Shown piece after piece: positions 20,155-29,582 of a DNA stretch of 64,000 nucleotides. The notes below the pieces were generated by a model. It searched no databases. It worked only from the letters and a program-made list of their open reading frames with translations, and was not told the origin of the DNA. The DNA lies in IMG/VR virus record IMGVR_UViG_3300008111_000002, positions 1-64,000 of that record. One strand, written 5' to 3'. The translations under genes and the position numbers were made by a program. Numbering within the stretch: position 1 is the stretch's first letter; the number at the start of each line of letters is the position of its first letter.

Positions 20155-20997
20155 ATGGATTACTATTCAACCCTTGGATTACAGAGAGGTGCTTCTCAAG
20201 AAGAAATTAAAAAAGCTTACAGAAGCATGGCAATGAAACATCACCCAGATCGTGGTGGTAACGAAAAAACATTTAAAGAAATCAGTCAAGCATACGATGT
20301 ACTAACCGATCCACAGAAAAAACAAATGGTTGACATGGGAATGGATCCTCTTAATCCGCACCAACAACATCATCACGGCGGACAACAATTTCATTTTAAT
20401 ACAGGAAACTTTGAGGATATATTTTCTCAATTTGGATTTAATCCCTTTGGCAGTTTTCAGCAACAACAACGTAGAAAAAATTCTAGTATACAAGTAGCTG
20501 TAGAAATTACTCTTTTAGATGTACTAAATGGTAAATCTATGGAAGCTGAAATTGGAATGCCTAACGGACAACGTAAATTAGTAACAATTAATATTCCAGC
20601 CGGAGTTCATCATGGACAACAAATAAAATATGGAGGCATGGGAGATAGTTCTATTCCACACATTCCACCCGGCGATTTACTAGTCAATATAAAAATAAAA
20701 TCAGACGATATCTTTCAACGCGATGGAAATAATTTAATTTGTGAATGGAAGATGCCTGTTTGGGATGCAATTCTAGGAAACAGTATTAATATCAAAACTA
20801 TAGATGATAGAACTATTAATATTAATATTCCTCCAGGAACACAGCCAGACACTATGTTTAGTTGTTCAGGAGAAGGACTACCAGATGTACATACAAAAAT
20901 CAAAGGTAAACTGTTAGTCAAAATTAAAATTGGAATTCCTAAAAATCTAACCCAAGAACAACGAGATCTAATACTAAAAATAAAACATGGAATTTAA
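20155..20997 (+). CDS. dnaJ: DnaJ/CbpA-type chaperone (J-domain plus C-terminal domain, no Zn finger)
   Basis: DYYSTLG...EIKKAYRSMAMKHHPDRGG (HPD motif), G/F-rich linker, PGDLLV. Confidence 0.93.
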   Translation: MDYYSTLGLQRGASQEEIKKAYRSMAMKHHPDRGGNEKTFKEISQAYDVLTDPQKKQMVDMGMDPLNPHQQHHHGGQQFHFNTGNFEDIFSQFGFNPFGSFQQQQRRKNSSIQVAVEITLLDVLNGKSMEAEIGMPNGQRKLVTINIPAGVHHGQQIKYGGMGDSSIPHIPPGDLLVNIKIKSDDIFQRDGNNLICEWKMPVWDAILGNSINIKTIDDRTININIPPGTQPDTMFSCSGEGLPDVHTKIKGKLLVKIKIGIPKNLTQEQRDLILKIKHGI

Positions 20998-21484
20998 ACT
21001 AGGAGCTCACGAAAGTCTCATAACTACCAGCTCAAATTGGGACTTTGACAAAGACGGTAATGCTGAAGAATTTGAAAAATCAATGATTGAATTTATGGTT
21101 GCTAATCACGGAATAGGACTAGCGGCTAATCAAATTGGTATTACTAAGCGAGTATTTGTAATTGGTAGCATTAACATTCCTGGATTTCCAGAACCATTTG
21201 CTGTGTTTAATCCTGTAATTACAGAATACAGCAAAGATCAAAATGTAGATAAAGAAGGTTGCTTAAGTTATCCTAATCTGTGGTTAACTGTTAAACGACC
21301 AGAATGGATTGTTACACAATATCAAGATTCTAAAGGAAACTATCATGAAGTAAAAATAGATGGTTATCTTGCTAGATGTTTTCAACACGAATACGATCAT
21401 CTTAATGGTGTGTGCTTTGTAGACAAAGTATCCCAGATGAAGTTACAATTAGCTATGAAGAAACTAAGGAAACAAAAACAATGA
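20987..21484 (+). CDS. def: Peptide deformylase
   Basis: GIGLAANQIG, EGCLS and QHEYDHLNG motifs are all present. Confidence 0.95.
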   Translation: MEFKLGAHESLITTSSNWDFDKDGNAEEFEKSMIEFMVANHGIGLAANQIGITKRVFVIGSINIPGFPEPFAVFNPVITEYSKDQNVDKEGCLSYPNLWLTVKRPEWIVTQYQDSKGNYHEVKIDGYLARCFQHEYDHLNGVCFVDKVSQMKLQLAMKKLRKQKQ

Positions 21485-23781
21485 TCCAACCTAGTGAATC
21501 ACTACAAGCAATCTTTGAAAGATCTATTAAGATTGCTAAAGATAATAGTCACGAGTATATTACCATTGAACATATACTGTACAGTATTATGCTTGATGAA
21601 CCATCCTATAAAGTTATTGAGAACTTTGGAGCAGATGCAGAGTTTATTAAAACAAACTTAGATGCATTTGTTAAAAACAATCTTGATGATTTAAAAAGCA
21701 CTATTGTTGATCGTCCAAAGAAAACTAATAGTGTAGAGCGTGTTTTAAATAGATGTTTTACACAGGTATTGTTTAGCGGACGTCAACATATTGAACCCAT
21801 CGATGTTCTTATAAGTATTTTAAGTGAAAAGAATTCTTTTGCATTTTACTTCTTAACTAAATCTGGCGTCGTTAAAGATAAATTTGTCAAGTATTTCCAC
21901 GAAAACTTTAACGAAGAAGAAAACGAAATTGAAACACAACTAACGAATCCTAATCAAGTGGAAAAAATAATCAATACATTCTGCACTAATCTTTCATTGC
22001 AGGCCAAACAAAAGAAAATTGATCCTGTAATTGGCAGAGATGAAGAATTAGAAAAAGTACAATTAGTACTGGCAAGACGTAATAAGTGCAATGTTCTCAT
22101 GGTAGGCGATCCCGGTGTAGGTAAGACTGCCATTGCAGAGGGACTGGCACGTAAGATTCACGAAAAGAAAGTTCCTAAGTTTATTCAAGACCATACTGTT
22201 TATACTCTTGATATCAGTGCATTGTTAGCTGGTAGTAAGTATAGAGGTGACTTTGAAGAGCGTGTTAAAGCAGTTCTTTCTGCACTTGAGAAGAAAGGTA
22301 AAATTATTCTGTTTATTGATGAAGCACACATGATGCAGGGCGCAGGTGCTGCTAATCAATCAAGCAATGATATGGCCAATATGCTTAAGCCTATTCTTAC
22401 CAAAGGTGTTATTAAACTAGTGGCGTCAACTACATGGGAAGAATATCGCAAACACTTTGAAAAAGATCGTGCATTGATGCGCAGATTTCAAAGAATTACT
22501 ATTGACGAACCTTCCGCTGAAGTATCCGTTAAAATTCTCAAAGGTGTTAAGAAGTATTATGAAAAACATCATAATGTTAAAATTACCGAAGGTGCTATTG
22601 AACAGGCAGTTAAGTTGTCAGTAAAGTATATGACTGATAAGAAACTGCCAGACAAAGCAATTGATATCCTAGACTGTGCCAGTGCTCGTTATAAATTAAA
22701 AGACGAAGACGACGGTGATGTTATCAACATTGTTGATGTAGAGCAGATTCTGTTTGAAGTCAGTAAGATGCTTAATATGCCATTAGAAAATATTGCACAG
22801 AAAGAAAGTAAAAATCTTAGCAATCTAGAAAAAAATCTCAAGACCGTAATTTTTGGTCAAGATACAGCCGTTGATAATTTGCTGGACAAAATTTTTGTTG
22901 CTCAAGCAGGAATGAAATCTCCTAATAAACCAATTGGTAGTTTCTTGTTCTTAGGACCAACTGGTTGTGGTAAAACTGAAACTGCTAAACAATTAGCAGA
23001 TAAAATGTCTATGCCGTTGATCCGTTTTGATATGAGTGAATATCAAGAAAAGCATTCAGTGGCTAAACTGATCGGTGCTCCTCCGGGTTACGTTGGATTT
23101 GAAGACAATGCTGGTCAATTAATTACCAAACTACAGGAAAATCCCAACAGTGTATTACTGTTAGATGAAATTGAAAAAGCTCATCCAGATGTCAGTAATG
23201 TGTTGTTACAGTTAATGGATAACGGTTTTGTAACTGGTTCCAATGGTAAAGTTGCAGATGCTCGAAATGTTATTTTAATTATGACCAGTAATTTAGGTGC
23301 AGCCGACAATGAGAAGAATACCATTGGTTTTGGAACACTAGAAAAAACTGGTGAAGACGATAAGGCTGTTAAGAAATTCTTTAAACCAGAATTCCGTAAT
23401 CGTTTAGATGCTGTAATCAAGTTCAGCAGTCTTAAACCAGAAGTTGTACACAGTATTGTTGAGAAGTTTATCAAAGATCTGTCAACACAAATCAAAGATA
23501 AAGGTATTGAGATCGTTGCCAACACTGATGCTATCAAATATCTAGCAGAAAAAGGTTATGACAGTAAAATGGGTGCAAGACCGTTGGCTAGAATTATCGA
23601 TAACGAAATTAAGAGTCCGCTAAGTCGTAAAATTCTGTTTGGCGAACTTCAAGCAGGTGGCAAAATTACAGTTACCGTTAATAATGGTAAGTTGGATTTT
23701 GATATTGTTGATTCAAAGAAAAAGCTTGCCAAGTCAGATGACATTATTGAATCAATTACATTTAACAATATTGTACCGTGA
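21481..23781 (+). CDS. clpA: ClpA/ClpB-family AAA+ unfoldase
   Basis: Clp N-domain, GDPGVGKT, LFIDEAH, second Walker A GPTGCGKT, FDMSEYQEKH, LIGAPPGYVG, GARPL. The short middle region suggests ClpA. Confidence 0.9.
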   Translation: MIQPSESLQAIFERSIKIAKDNSHEYITIEHILYSIMLDEPSYKVIENFGADAEFIKTNLDAFVKNNLDDLKSTIVDRPKKTNSVERVLNRCFTQVLFSGRQHIEPIDVLISILSEKNSFAFYFLTKSGVVKDKFVKYFHENFNEEENEIETQLTNPNQVEKIINTFCTNLSLQAKQKKIDPVIGRDEELEKVQLVLARRNKCNVLMVGDPGVGKTAIAEGLARKIHEKKVPKFIQDHTVYTLDISALLAGSKYRGDFEERVKAVLSALEKKGKIILFIDEAHMMQGAGAANQSSNDMANMLKPILTKGVIKLVASTTWEEYRKHFEKDRALMRRFQRITIDEPSAEVSVKILKGVKKYYEKHHNVKITEGAIEQAVKLSVKYMTDKKLPDKAIDILDCASARYKLKDEDDGDVINIVDVEQILFEVSKMLNMPLENIAQKESKNLSNLEKNLKTVIFGQDTAVDNLLDKIFVAQAGMKSPNKPIGSFLFLGPTGCGKTETAKQLADKMSMPLIRFDMSEYQEKHSVAKLIGAPPGYVGFEDNAGQLITKLQENPNSVLLLDEIEKAHPDVSNVLLQLMDNGFVTGSNGKVADARNVILIMTSNLGAADNEKNTIGFGTLEKTGEDDKAVKKFFKPEFRNRLDAVIKFSSLKPEVVHSIVEKFIKDLSTQIKDKGIEIVANTDAIKYLAEKGYDSKMGARPLARIIDNEIKSPLSRKILFGELQAGGKITVTVNNGKLDFDIVDSKKKLAKSDDIIESITFNNIVP

Positions 23782-24452
23782 TTACAGCCAAATACATAAG
23801 AAAAAAATTCTACAACAAGTGGTCTTATAAACTCAGCCTCCGAATTAAGGGGGCTGGGATTTTTAGATACAACAGCTATGCTGACATTAAAGCATTAATG
23901 ATTAGTCCTAAGTCGCCCCATTTTAAATTGTATAAACTTGAAGAAAAGGCATTAGACAATAAAGAGTATGTATATGCCATTGCAGACTTTTTATCCAAAC
24001 ATCCTAAAGAAATTGCAGCGTTGAGAATAGAGGGCAGCACTCTTGATATCTATGCTAACGATAAAGATTTTTTTAATGAAGCTAGCGATGCTTTTAAACT
24101 GTTTACATGGAAACGTTTTATTCCGGATCCTACTACGGAACATCTGTTAGATAATGGTAGAAAAATAATTGGAAAACGCCTAGCTCATAACAAATATCAG
24201 TATAAAGTTTATCTAACTCCGCACAAATTGCCCGTTGGCAATGCTGTAAGAACTAGTTTTATTGAATTTGTAGATCAAAATTCAGAAAAAGTTCTAATGT
24301 CTCTTTCTGTTAAAGATTGGTTTCTACGAACACAATGGAACTGGGACCGTAGATACATTTATGTAGATAACGAACAAACATTGTTAATGCTAAAGCTCAA
24401 ATGTGGCGATGCTTTGGGCAGCGTATACGAATATCTAATTATTGATAAATAA
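23778..24452 (+). CDS. Hypothetical protein
   Basis: GTGA overlap with the clpA stop; clean 224-aa ORF. Confidence 0.65.
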   Translation: MITAKYIRKKFYNKWSYKLSLRIKGAGIFRYNSYADIKALMISPKSPHFKLYKLEEKALDNKEYVYAIADFLSKHPKEIAALRIEGSTLDIYANDKDFFNEASDAFKLFTWKRFIPDPTTEHLLDNGRKIIGKRLAHNKYQYKVYLTPHKLPVGNAVRTSFIEFVDQNSEKVLMSLSVKDWFLRTQWNWDRRYIYVDNEQTLLMLKLKCGDALGSVYEYLIIDK

Positions 24453-24457
24453 TTACT

Positions 24458-24826
24458 ATGCCAGCACAAAGTATAGTTTTAGTAAATCAAACCACAACGG
24501 TTTCTAACAATCTTTCGCAATATACCTATTCCGCCAAACAAAAAGGCGACGGGTATGACAACGTTGGGGATGGGAAACATACCGTTGTATTCCTATTTGA
24601 CAACTTTAAGGGCGCAGTAAAAATGCAAGCAACCCTTGCTATAGATCCCACTGAAGCAGATTGGTTTGATGTTACATACGATTTAAATCCATCTGATTTA
24701 ACCGCACTTGATAGTACACCTTTAGTAACCGCAGAATATCGTAATTTTACTGGCAATTTTACATGGATCAGAGCTGGTTACATACTGCAACAAGGTACTA
24801 TCCGCGAAATTCGTTATAATCACTAA
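24458..24826 (+). CDS. Hypothetical late protein (beta-rich, possibly structural)
   Basis: Preceded by GATAAATA (24444-24451). Confidence 0.6.
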   Translation: MPAQSIVLVNQTTTVSNNLSQYTYSAKQKGDGYDNVGDGKHTVVFLFDNFKGAVKMQATLAIDPTEADWFDVTYDLNPSDLTALDSTPLVTAEYRNFTGNFTWIRAGYILQQGTIREIRYNH

Positions 24827-24870
24827 CTTCAAACAGTAGATAAATATAGTATCATCTTACGGAAGATACT

Positions 24871-26490
24871 ATGAGAGACCTATTATCTAAATTAGACGCT
24901 ATTATTAGCGAAACACAATTAAATCCAAATGATCCCAAAGGCGATTATGAGGCTAAGAAAAAATCTTTACAGGATTTAGAAAATGATCCTGTGGCTGCAG
25001 AAGATCCAGAAATTGCCGCTGCAATTGATCAGCGTAAAACAGATCTAGAAAAAGAAGCTAAACAAAAAGGCGTTGTTGAAAATTTTGAAATTGGAGACGA
25101 GTTTGGTATTAGCTTTGCAGAAGATCTAGAAATTGGCACAACAATTACAGAGATCCTAGAAGACGGCATTGTCATTGATCTAGACGACGATGCAGTTTCA
25201 TTCCTAGAAAGTCAAGGAATTAAATTCTTTGAAGGTGAACTTGTAGAAGGTGTAGCTGGTCCTAAGAGCTGCTGGAAGGGCTACAGAAAAGTTGGTACTA
25301 AGCCAGGCACTGGTCGTAACGCAGGCAAACGTGTAAATGACTGCGAGAAAATTGGTGAAAATCTAGACGAATATTTCTTTTTTGATGATCCAAAGAAAAA
25401 AGATCGTGGGCCTAGAGATTCTGGGCATGACGAATTAGATCGACGTGCAAAATCCAAAGTAGACTTGGGCGGTAGAGATGCTAGAGATTATAAAGATGCT
25501 AAGAAAAAAGGACAGTATAAAATTTCTGGGCCTAAAGGTAAACTTCCAGAAGACCATGGTCCTGAAAATCCAGACGCAAGTTATAACGTAGGTGAGTACG
25601 ATCGCGAAGGCGATATGGCCAAAGACGATTTAAGAACTATCAATGATGCTGCTAAAGAATTATACAGCATTATCAAAGCAGACGAAAATCTACCAGAATG
25701 GGTACAGGCCAAAATTGTTAAAGCAATGGATTATTTAGACACTGCTCGCGACTACATGAAGGCTAACAAATATGCTGAAGATACAGAAGTAGACGAAGCT
25801 AGAAAACCAGCAATAAACTTTGATGGTGACGATATTCAAAAATTAATTACTATAGACGATCTGCCTACATTAAAAGCACAGGCATTTGATTTAATTTCTA
25901 AACCAAGCCAACGTCCAATGAAACCAGAAAAAGTAGAATGGTTTAAAAATGCCCTCGAAAGAATAATGGATAAGAAAGGGGTCATTAAATTAATGTATGA
26001 CCTAATGTTATCAGGTGAGGGGCATGGTGTAATTGGTACTAGATCGTCAATGGGGCAAAGTAATTACAGAAAGAGATTTGCCGATGACATAAACGAAGGT
26101 GATGTAAGCACAGGTAATCTTCAAAAGATGATGCAATACACTAATTTAATAGGAAACTATGTCGATGATCCAGAAGCCAAGAAATATGTAAATGAACTAA
26201 AATCTATGTTAAACTGGTATTTAGGTCAAGATAAAGAATCAAATGTTGATGAAGCTAAGTATCAAGGTCGTGAAGTGCCGTTAGGCAAGAAGATGGCTGG
26301 CGATGTTAAAAAATCAAAAGTATATGTACGTAAGCCAAATGGTAATATTGTCAAAGTAAACTTTGGCGATAAAAAGATGCGTATTAAAAAATCTAATCCT
26401 GCACGTAGAAAATCATTCCGTGCTAGACATAACTGCAAAAATCCAGGTCCACGTTGGAAAGCACGTTATTGGTCATGCAGGAGCTGGTAA
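24871..26490 (+). CDS. Modular late protein / putative head-internal polyprotein
   Basis: Late promoter at 24839-24846. Modules are separated by [ILV]xE sites (VVE, LVE, LDE, LPE, VDE, INE, VDE). The basic C-terminal module is KSFRARHNC...ARYWSC. Confidence 0.6.
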   Translation: MRDLLSKLDAIISETQLNPNDPKGDYEAKKKSLQDLENDPVAAEDPEIAAAIDQRKTDLEKEAKQKGVVENFEIGDEFGISFAEDLEIGTTITEILEDGIVIDLDDDAVSFLESQGIKFFEGELVEGVAGPKSCWKGYRKVGTKPGTGRNAGKRVNDCEKIGENLDEYFFFDDPKKKDRGPRDSGHDELDRRAKSKVDLGGRDARDYKDAKKKGQYKISGPKGKLPEDHGPENPDASYNVGEYDREGDMAKDDLRTINDAAKELYSIIKADENLPEWVQAKIVKAMDYLDTARDYMKANKYAEDTEVDEARKPAINFDGDDIQKLITIDDLPTLKAQAFDLISKPSQRPMKPEKVEWFKNALERIMDKKGVIKLMYDLMLSGEGHGVIGTRSSMGQSNYRKRFADDINEGDVSTGNLQKMMQYTNLIGNYVDDPEAKKYVNELKSMLNWYLGQDKESNVDEAKYQGREVPLGKKMAGDVKKSKVYVRKPNGNIVKVNFGDKKMRIKKSNPARRKSFRARHNCKNPGPRWKARYWSCRSW

Positions 26491-26843
26491 TGTTATTAAA
26501 CGAATTGTTTTCTAAATCAATAGAAGAACCTAAAAAATACGATCCAGAAGTAGATTATCTTGATGATTTAAAATTCTGGATCAGTAATAATGATGAAGCA
26601 TTATCAAAAATGATAATGCCGGCCATAACTCAACAAAAATCGCAACCAAACGAAGAATCTAACTACCAACTCTACATTAAACCGTTGGCAAAGTGCGCAG
26701 AAGATTATTGTGTGAAGTTTGATTTACTACATAGTAAAGACGAGATTTTTACTCCAGAAGCTATTGTAACTTTAGCAAAAAAAATTGCAGAAGAGCAAAG
26801 TAACTTTATTAAAAAAGGCGACTACAATAATGAGACTGTTTGA
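26490..26843 (+). CDS. Hypothetical late protein (MLLNELF start)
   Basis: TAATG coupling; N-terminus resembles neighbouring genes. Confidence 0.6.
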   Translation: MLLNELFSKSIEEPKKYDPEVDYLDDLKFWISNNDEALSKMIMPAITQQKSQPNEESNYQLYIKPLAKCAEDYCVKFDLLHSKDEIFTPEAIVTLAKKIAEEQSNFIKKGDYNNETV

Positions 26844-27468
26844 ATTCTTAGATAAAATGAACGAACAGGATGATGATAATTACCCACGTCCTGTTGATGA
26901 ATTAAAAAAACTTATCGCTATTACAGAACAACAAAAAGATGTTGTTGAAAGTCTTGCCCGAGAAGCACAAAAGATTACTACAGAAATCAAGTACGATCAA
27001 ACAGTACAAGACATTGTGAGTAGAATTAGACAATTAGCAGAAAAAATTACCTTTGAAGATAAAGGATACAAAAGCGAAATTGAGTCAGCAATCGATGATG
27101 CATTAAACGCAATGAATGAACTTGAGTCGGCTGTGTATCAAATTGACGAACCATTTAAAGATCTATTAAGAGCATTAGATAATGAAGTGCTTGAATTAGA
27201 ATATGAAATGGATGAACACAAATGGAAAAGAGAATCTGCTGATCCAAAATTAACAATGCCTAAACAAAGAGATCCTAATTGGAAAACTATGCAGGCCAAA
27301 GGTTCTAGTGGTGCTGCTGGCGCACATAGAGATAAAAAGAAAGAACAAAAACAGGGTTACGAAAAACATAGAGCGAAAAGCATGGCCGAAGGGCATGGAC
27401 GATACTGGTGTTCTACAGATAAGAAATGGAAAACACGCAAAGGCCCTAAACAAACTCGTAGTTCATGA
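26830..27468 (+). CDS. Hypothetical late protein (MRLFEFLD start; acidic coiled coil plus basic tail)
   Basis: Probable start is ATG 26830. Confidence 0.6.
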   Translation: MRLFEFLDKMNEQDDDNYPRPVDELKKLIAITEQQKDVVESLAREAQKITTEIKYDQTVQDIVSRIRQLAEKITFEDKGYKSEIESAIDDALNAMNELESAVYQIDEPFKDLLRALDNEVLELEYEMDEHKWKRESADPKLTMPKQRDPNWKTMQAKGSSGAAGAHRDKKKEQKQGYEKHRAKSMAEGHGRYWCSTDKKWKTRKGPKQTRSS

Positions 27469-27770
27469 AACAATATAGAATTACTTCAGAAAATTCCAAA
27501 AATTTAGATAGCACTGATGATTGCTATCTGGATCCTAGCGATCCTATACACGAAATAAAAAGAATGCAATACCTTGGCGGACTTGGTGCACAGGCAAGAC
27601 TACAAGAATATAAGATAGAGCAACAAGGTAGCAATATTTCTGTAACAGGGATGGAAAAACAACAGTTAGAAAAGAAACACAAGATTAAACCAGGAACACC
27701 GGAATGGTTTCAATTATGGTTTAGTCTACCTTACATGACTGGAGAAAAACCTGTAGGAGATAAAAAATGA
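27465..27770 (+). CDS. Hypothetical protein
   Basis: ATGA overlaps on both sides. Confidence 0.6.
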   Translation: MKQYRITSENSKNLDSTDDCYLDPSDPIHEIKRMQYLGGLGAQARLQEYKIEQQGSNISVTGMEKQQLEKKHKIKPGTPEWFQLWFSLPYMTGEKPVGDKK

Positions 27771-28093
27771 TTGAAGTATCTGAATCAGCTAAAGCAAAAG
27801 TTATTGATCTATTAAATGAAGAAAATAATCCCGATCTTATGTTGAGAACATTTGTTCAAGGTGGCGGATGCAGTGGTTTTCAATACGGTTTTACATTTGA
27901 CGAAATTAAATCAGACGACGATTTTGAAATAAATTTAGATACAAAATGGAAATTAGTTATAGATTCTATGAGTATGCAATATCTCACTGGTGCAATAATT
28001 GACTATACAGAAGATTTAAATGGCAGTCAGTTTACAATTAAAAATCCCAATGCACAAACAACCTGCGGCTGTGGATCTAGTTTTTCAGTTTAA
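27767..28093 (+). CDS. erpA: A-type Fe-S cluster carrier (IscA/ErpA/HesB family)
   Basis: GGGCSGFQY and [14 protein letters not shown] motifs. Confidence 0.92.
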   Translation: MIEVSESAKAKVIDLLNEENNPDLMLRTFVQGGGCSGFQYGFTFDEIKSDDDFEINLDTKWKLVIDSMSMQYLTGAIIDYTEDLNGSQFTIKNPNAQTTCGCGSSFSV

Positions 28094-28095
28094 TT

Positions 28096-28254
28096 ATGGA
28101 CAAAACTCTCAAAGACTACATTGATAGAACTAACAAGCGTTTAGCGGAGGAACGTAAAGTTCCCTCAACACCCAACCCTAATCAATATCCCGTTCAACCA
28201 GAACAAAAAAATCCAGATTCTGACGAAAAAATTAATCCATACGGACAACATTAA
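28096..28254 (+). CDS. Small hypothetical protein (52 aa)
   Basis: MDKTLKDYIDRTNKRLAEERKV...; TAATG-coupled to the next gene. Confidence 0.5.
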   Translation: MDKTLKDYIDRTNKRLAEERKVPSTPNPNQYPVQPEQKNPDSDEKINPYGQH

Positions 28255-29582
28255 TGAGAGCCAAAGAATTCATTACTGAAAACTTTGCTGACGGTAAAGT
28301 CAAAGGCAAAAGTCGCCCAGGCCGTGTAAAACGTGCAGGTGCCAGTTGTTCTGGTTCAGTAACTGATCTTCGCAAACGTGCTAAAAATGCATCTGGCGAA
28401 CGAGCCAAAATGTATCACTGGTGCGCCAACATGAAAAGCGGACGTAATGAATCCGTTGAAGAAGGTTGGAAAGAAGCCGAAGACATCAAATTATCATTTG
28501 AAGAAGGATACTTCGCTATAGAAAATACTCCAGAAGGAATATTGGTCTACGGAGAAGATGTTAGGTTCACTGATGATAAAGCATGGGTGGATTTTGTTTA
28601 TAATTTGTCTAAGGATGAAATTGTAAATTATAAAGTAAGTCACGGGTACAATGGTAGTTACGACTATGATTTTGACTACATAAAAACAACCATTGACGAG
28701 ATCGCAGATGAAATTAAACGAAGTTATGGAACTACGTGGGACGAAATCAGCGACGAGTTACATGGCGGATTAAGTGTAGATGAAGGTTGGAAAGATTGGG
28801 TAGCAGGAGCTGCATTAGGAGCTGCTGCATTAACTTCGCAGGCTAAACCAATTATTGTTCAGCAGCACGTAGAACCAGGCGATACGGTCTATTCTATAGC
28901 TAGACAAAATAATGTTGATCCTAAAGAAATTATGAAATTAAATAATTTCAATAAAGATACAAAATTAAAAAAAGGTCAAATGGTTAAGGTACCTGACTAT
29001 TCTAAACCAGTAGATACTAAACCAGAAGTTAAAAAAATAACAAAACCAGAAAAAATAGATAAAAAATTAGATATTTCAAATACTGTCACCGGCACCAAAC
29101 ATGAAGCAATATTAAGACACTATGCTAATAAAGCTAATATCAAAGGAAACGAATTAGTTGCATTTTTAGCACAAGTAGCACACGAGACCATGGATTTTAA
29201 ACACATGGCAGAGATTGGTGGCAGTTTAGATTTTAAAAAGTATGATATTAGATTTGCTCCAGGCAAGGCAAAGCAATTAGGTAATACTGAACCAGGTGAT
29301 GGCGCTAAGTTTAAAGGTAGGGGATACATTCAACTAACTGGCAGATACAATTATGCCAAAGCAGGAGAAGCATTAGGTCTACCACTAGAGAAAAAACCAG
29401 AGCTAGTTGAGAAGCCAGAAATAGCTGCCAAGGTAGCAATATGGTATTGGAAGAACAGAGTTAAACCTAATGTAGATGATTTTAAAGATGTTAAGGGTGT
29501 AACCAAACCAATCAATCCAGGGTTAAAAGGATTAGAAGATAGGAAAGAAAAATATCAAGCGTATAAGGTAGCCGTCAAATGA
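28254..29582 (+). CDS. Modular LysM + GH19 peptidoglycan hydrolase, probably virion-associated
   Basis: LysM (HVEPGDTVYSIARQNNVDPKEIMKLNNF...LKKGQMVKVP) and GH19 (AFLAQVAHET, GDGAKFKGRGYIQLTGRYNY, INPGLKGLEDR). N-terminus is MRAKEFITE. Confidence 0.85.
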   Translation: MRAKEFITENFADGKVKGKSRPGRVKRAGASCSGSVTDLRKRAKNASGERAKMYHWCANMKSGRNESVEEGWKEAEDIKLSFEEGYFAIENTPEGILVYGEDVRFTDDKAWVDFVYNLSKDEIVNYKVSHGYNGSYDYDFDYIKTTIDEIADEIKRSYGTTWDEISDELHGGLSVDEGWKDWVAGAALGAAALTSQAKPIIVQQHVEPGDTVYSIARQNNVDPKEIMKLNNFNKDTKLKKGQMVKVPDYSKPVDTKPEVKKITKPEKIDKKLDISNTVTGTKHEAILRHYANKANIKGNELVAFLAQVAHETMDFKHMAEIGGSLDFKKYDIRFAPGKAKQLGNTEPGDGAKFKGRGYIQLTGRYNYAKAGEALGLPLEKKPELVEKPEIAAKVAIWYWKNRVKPNVDDFKDVKGVTKPINPGLKGLEDRKEKYQAYKVAVK

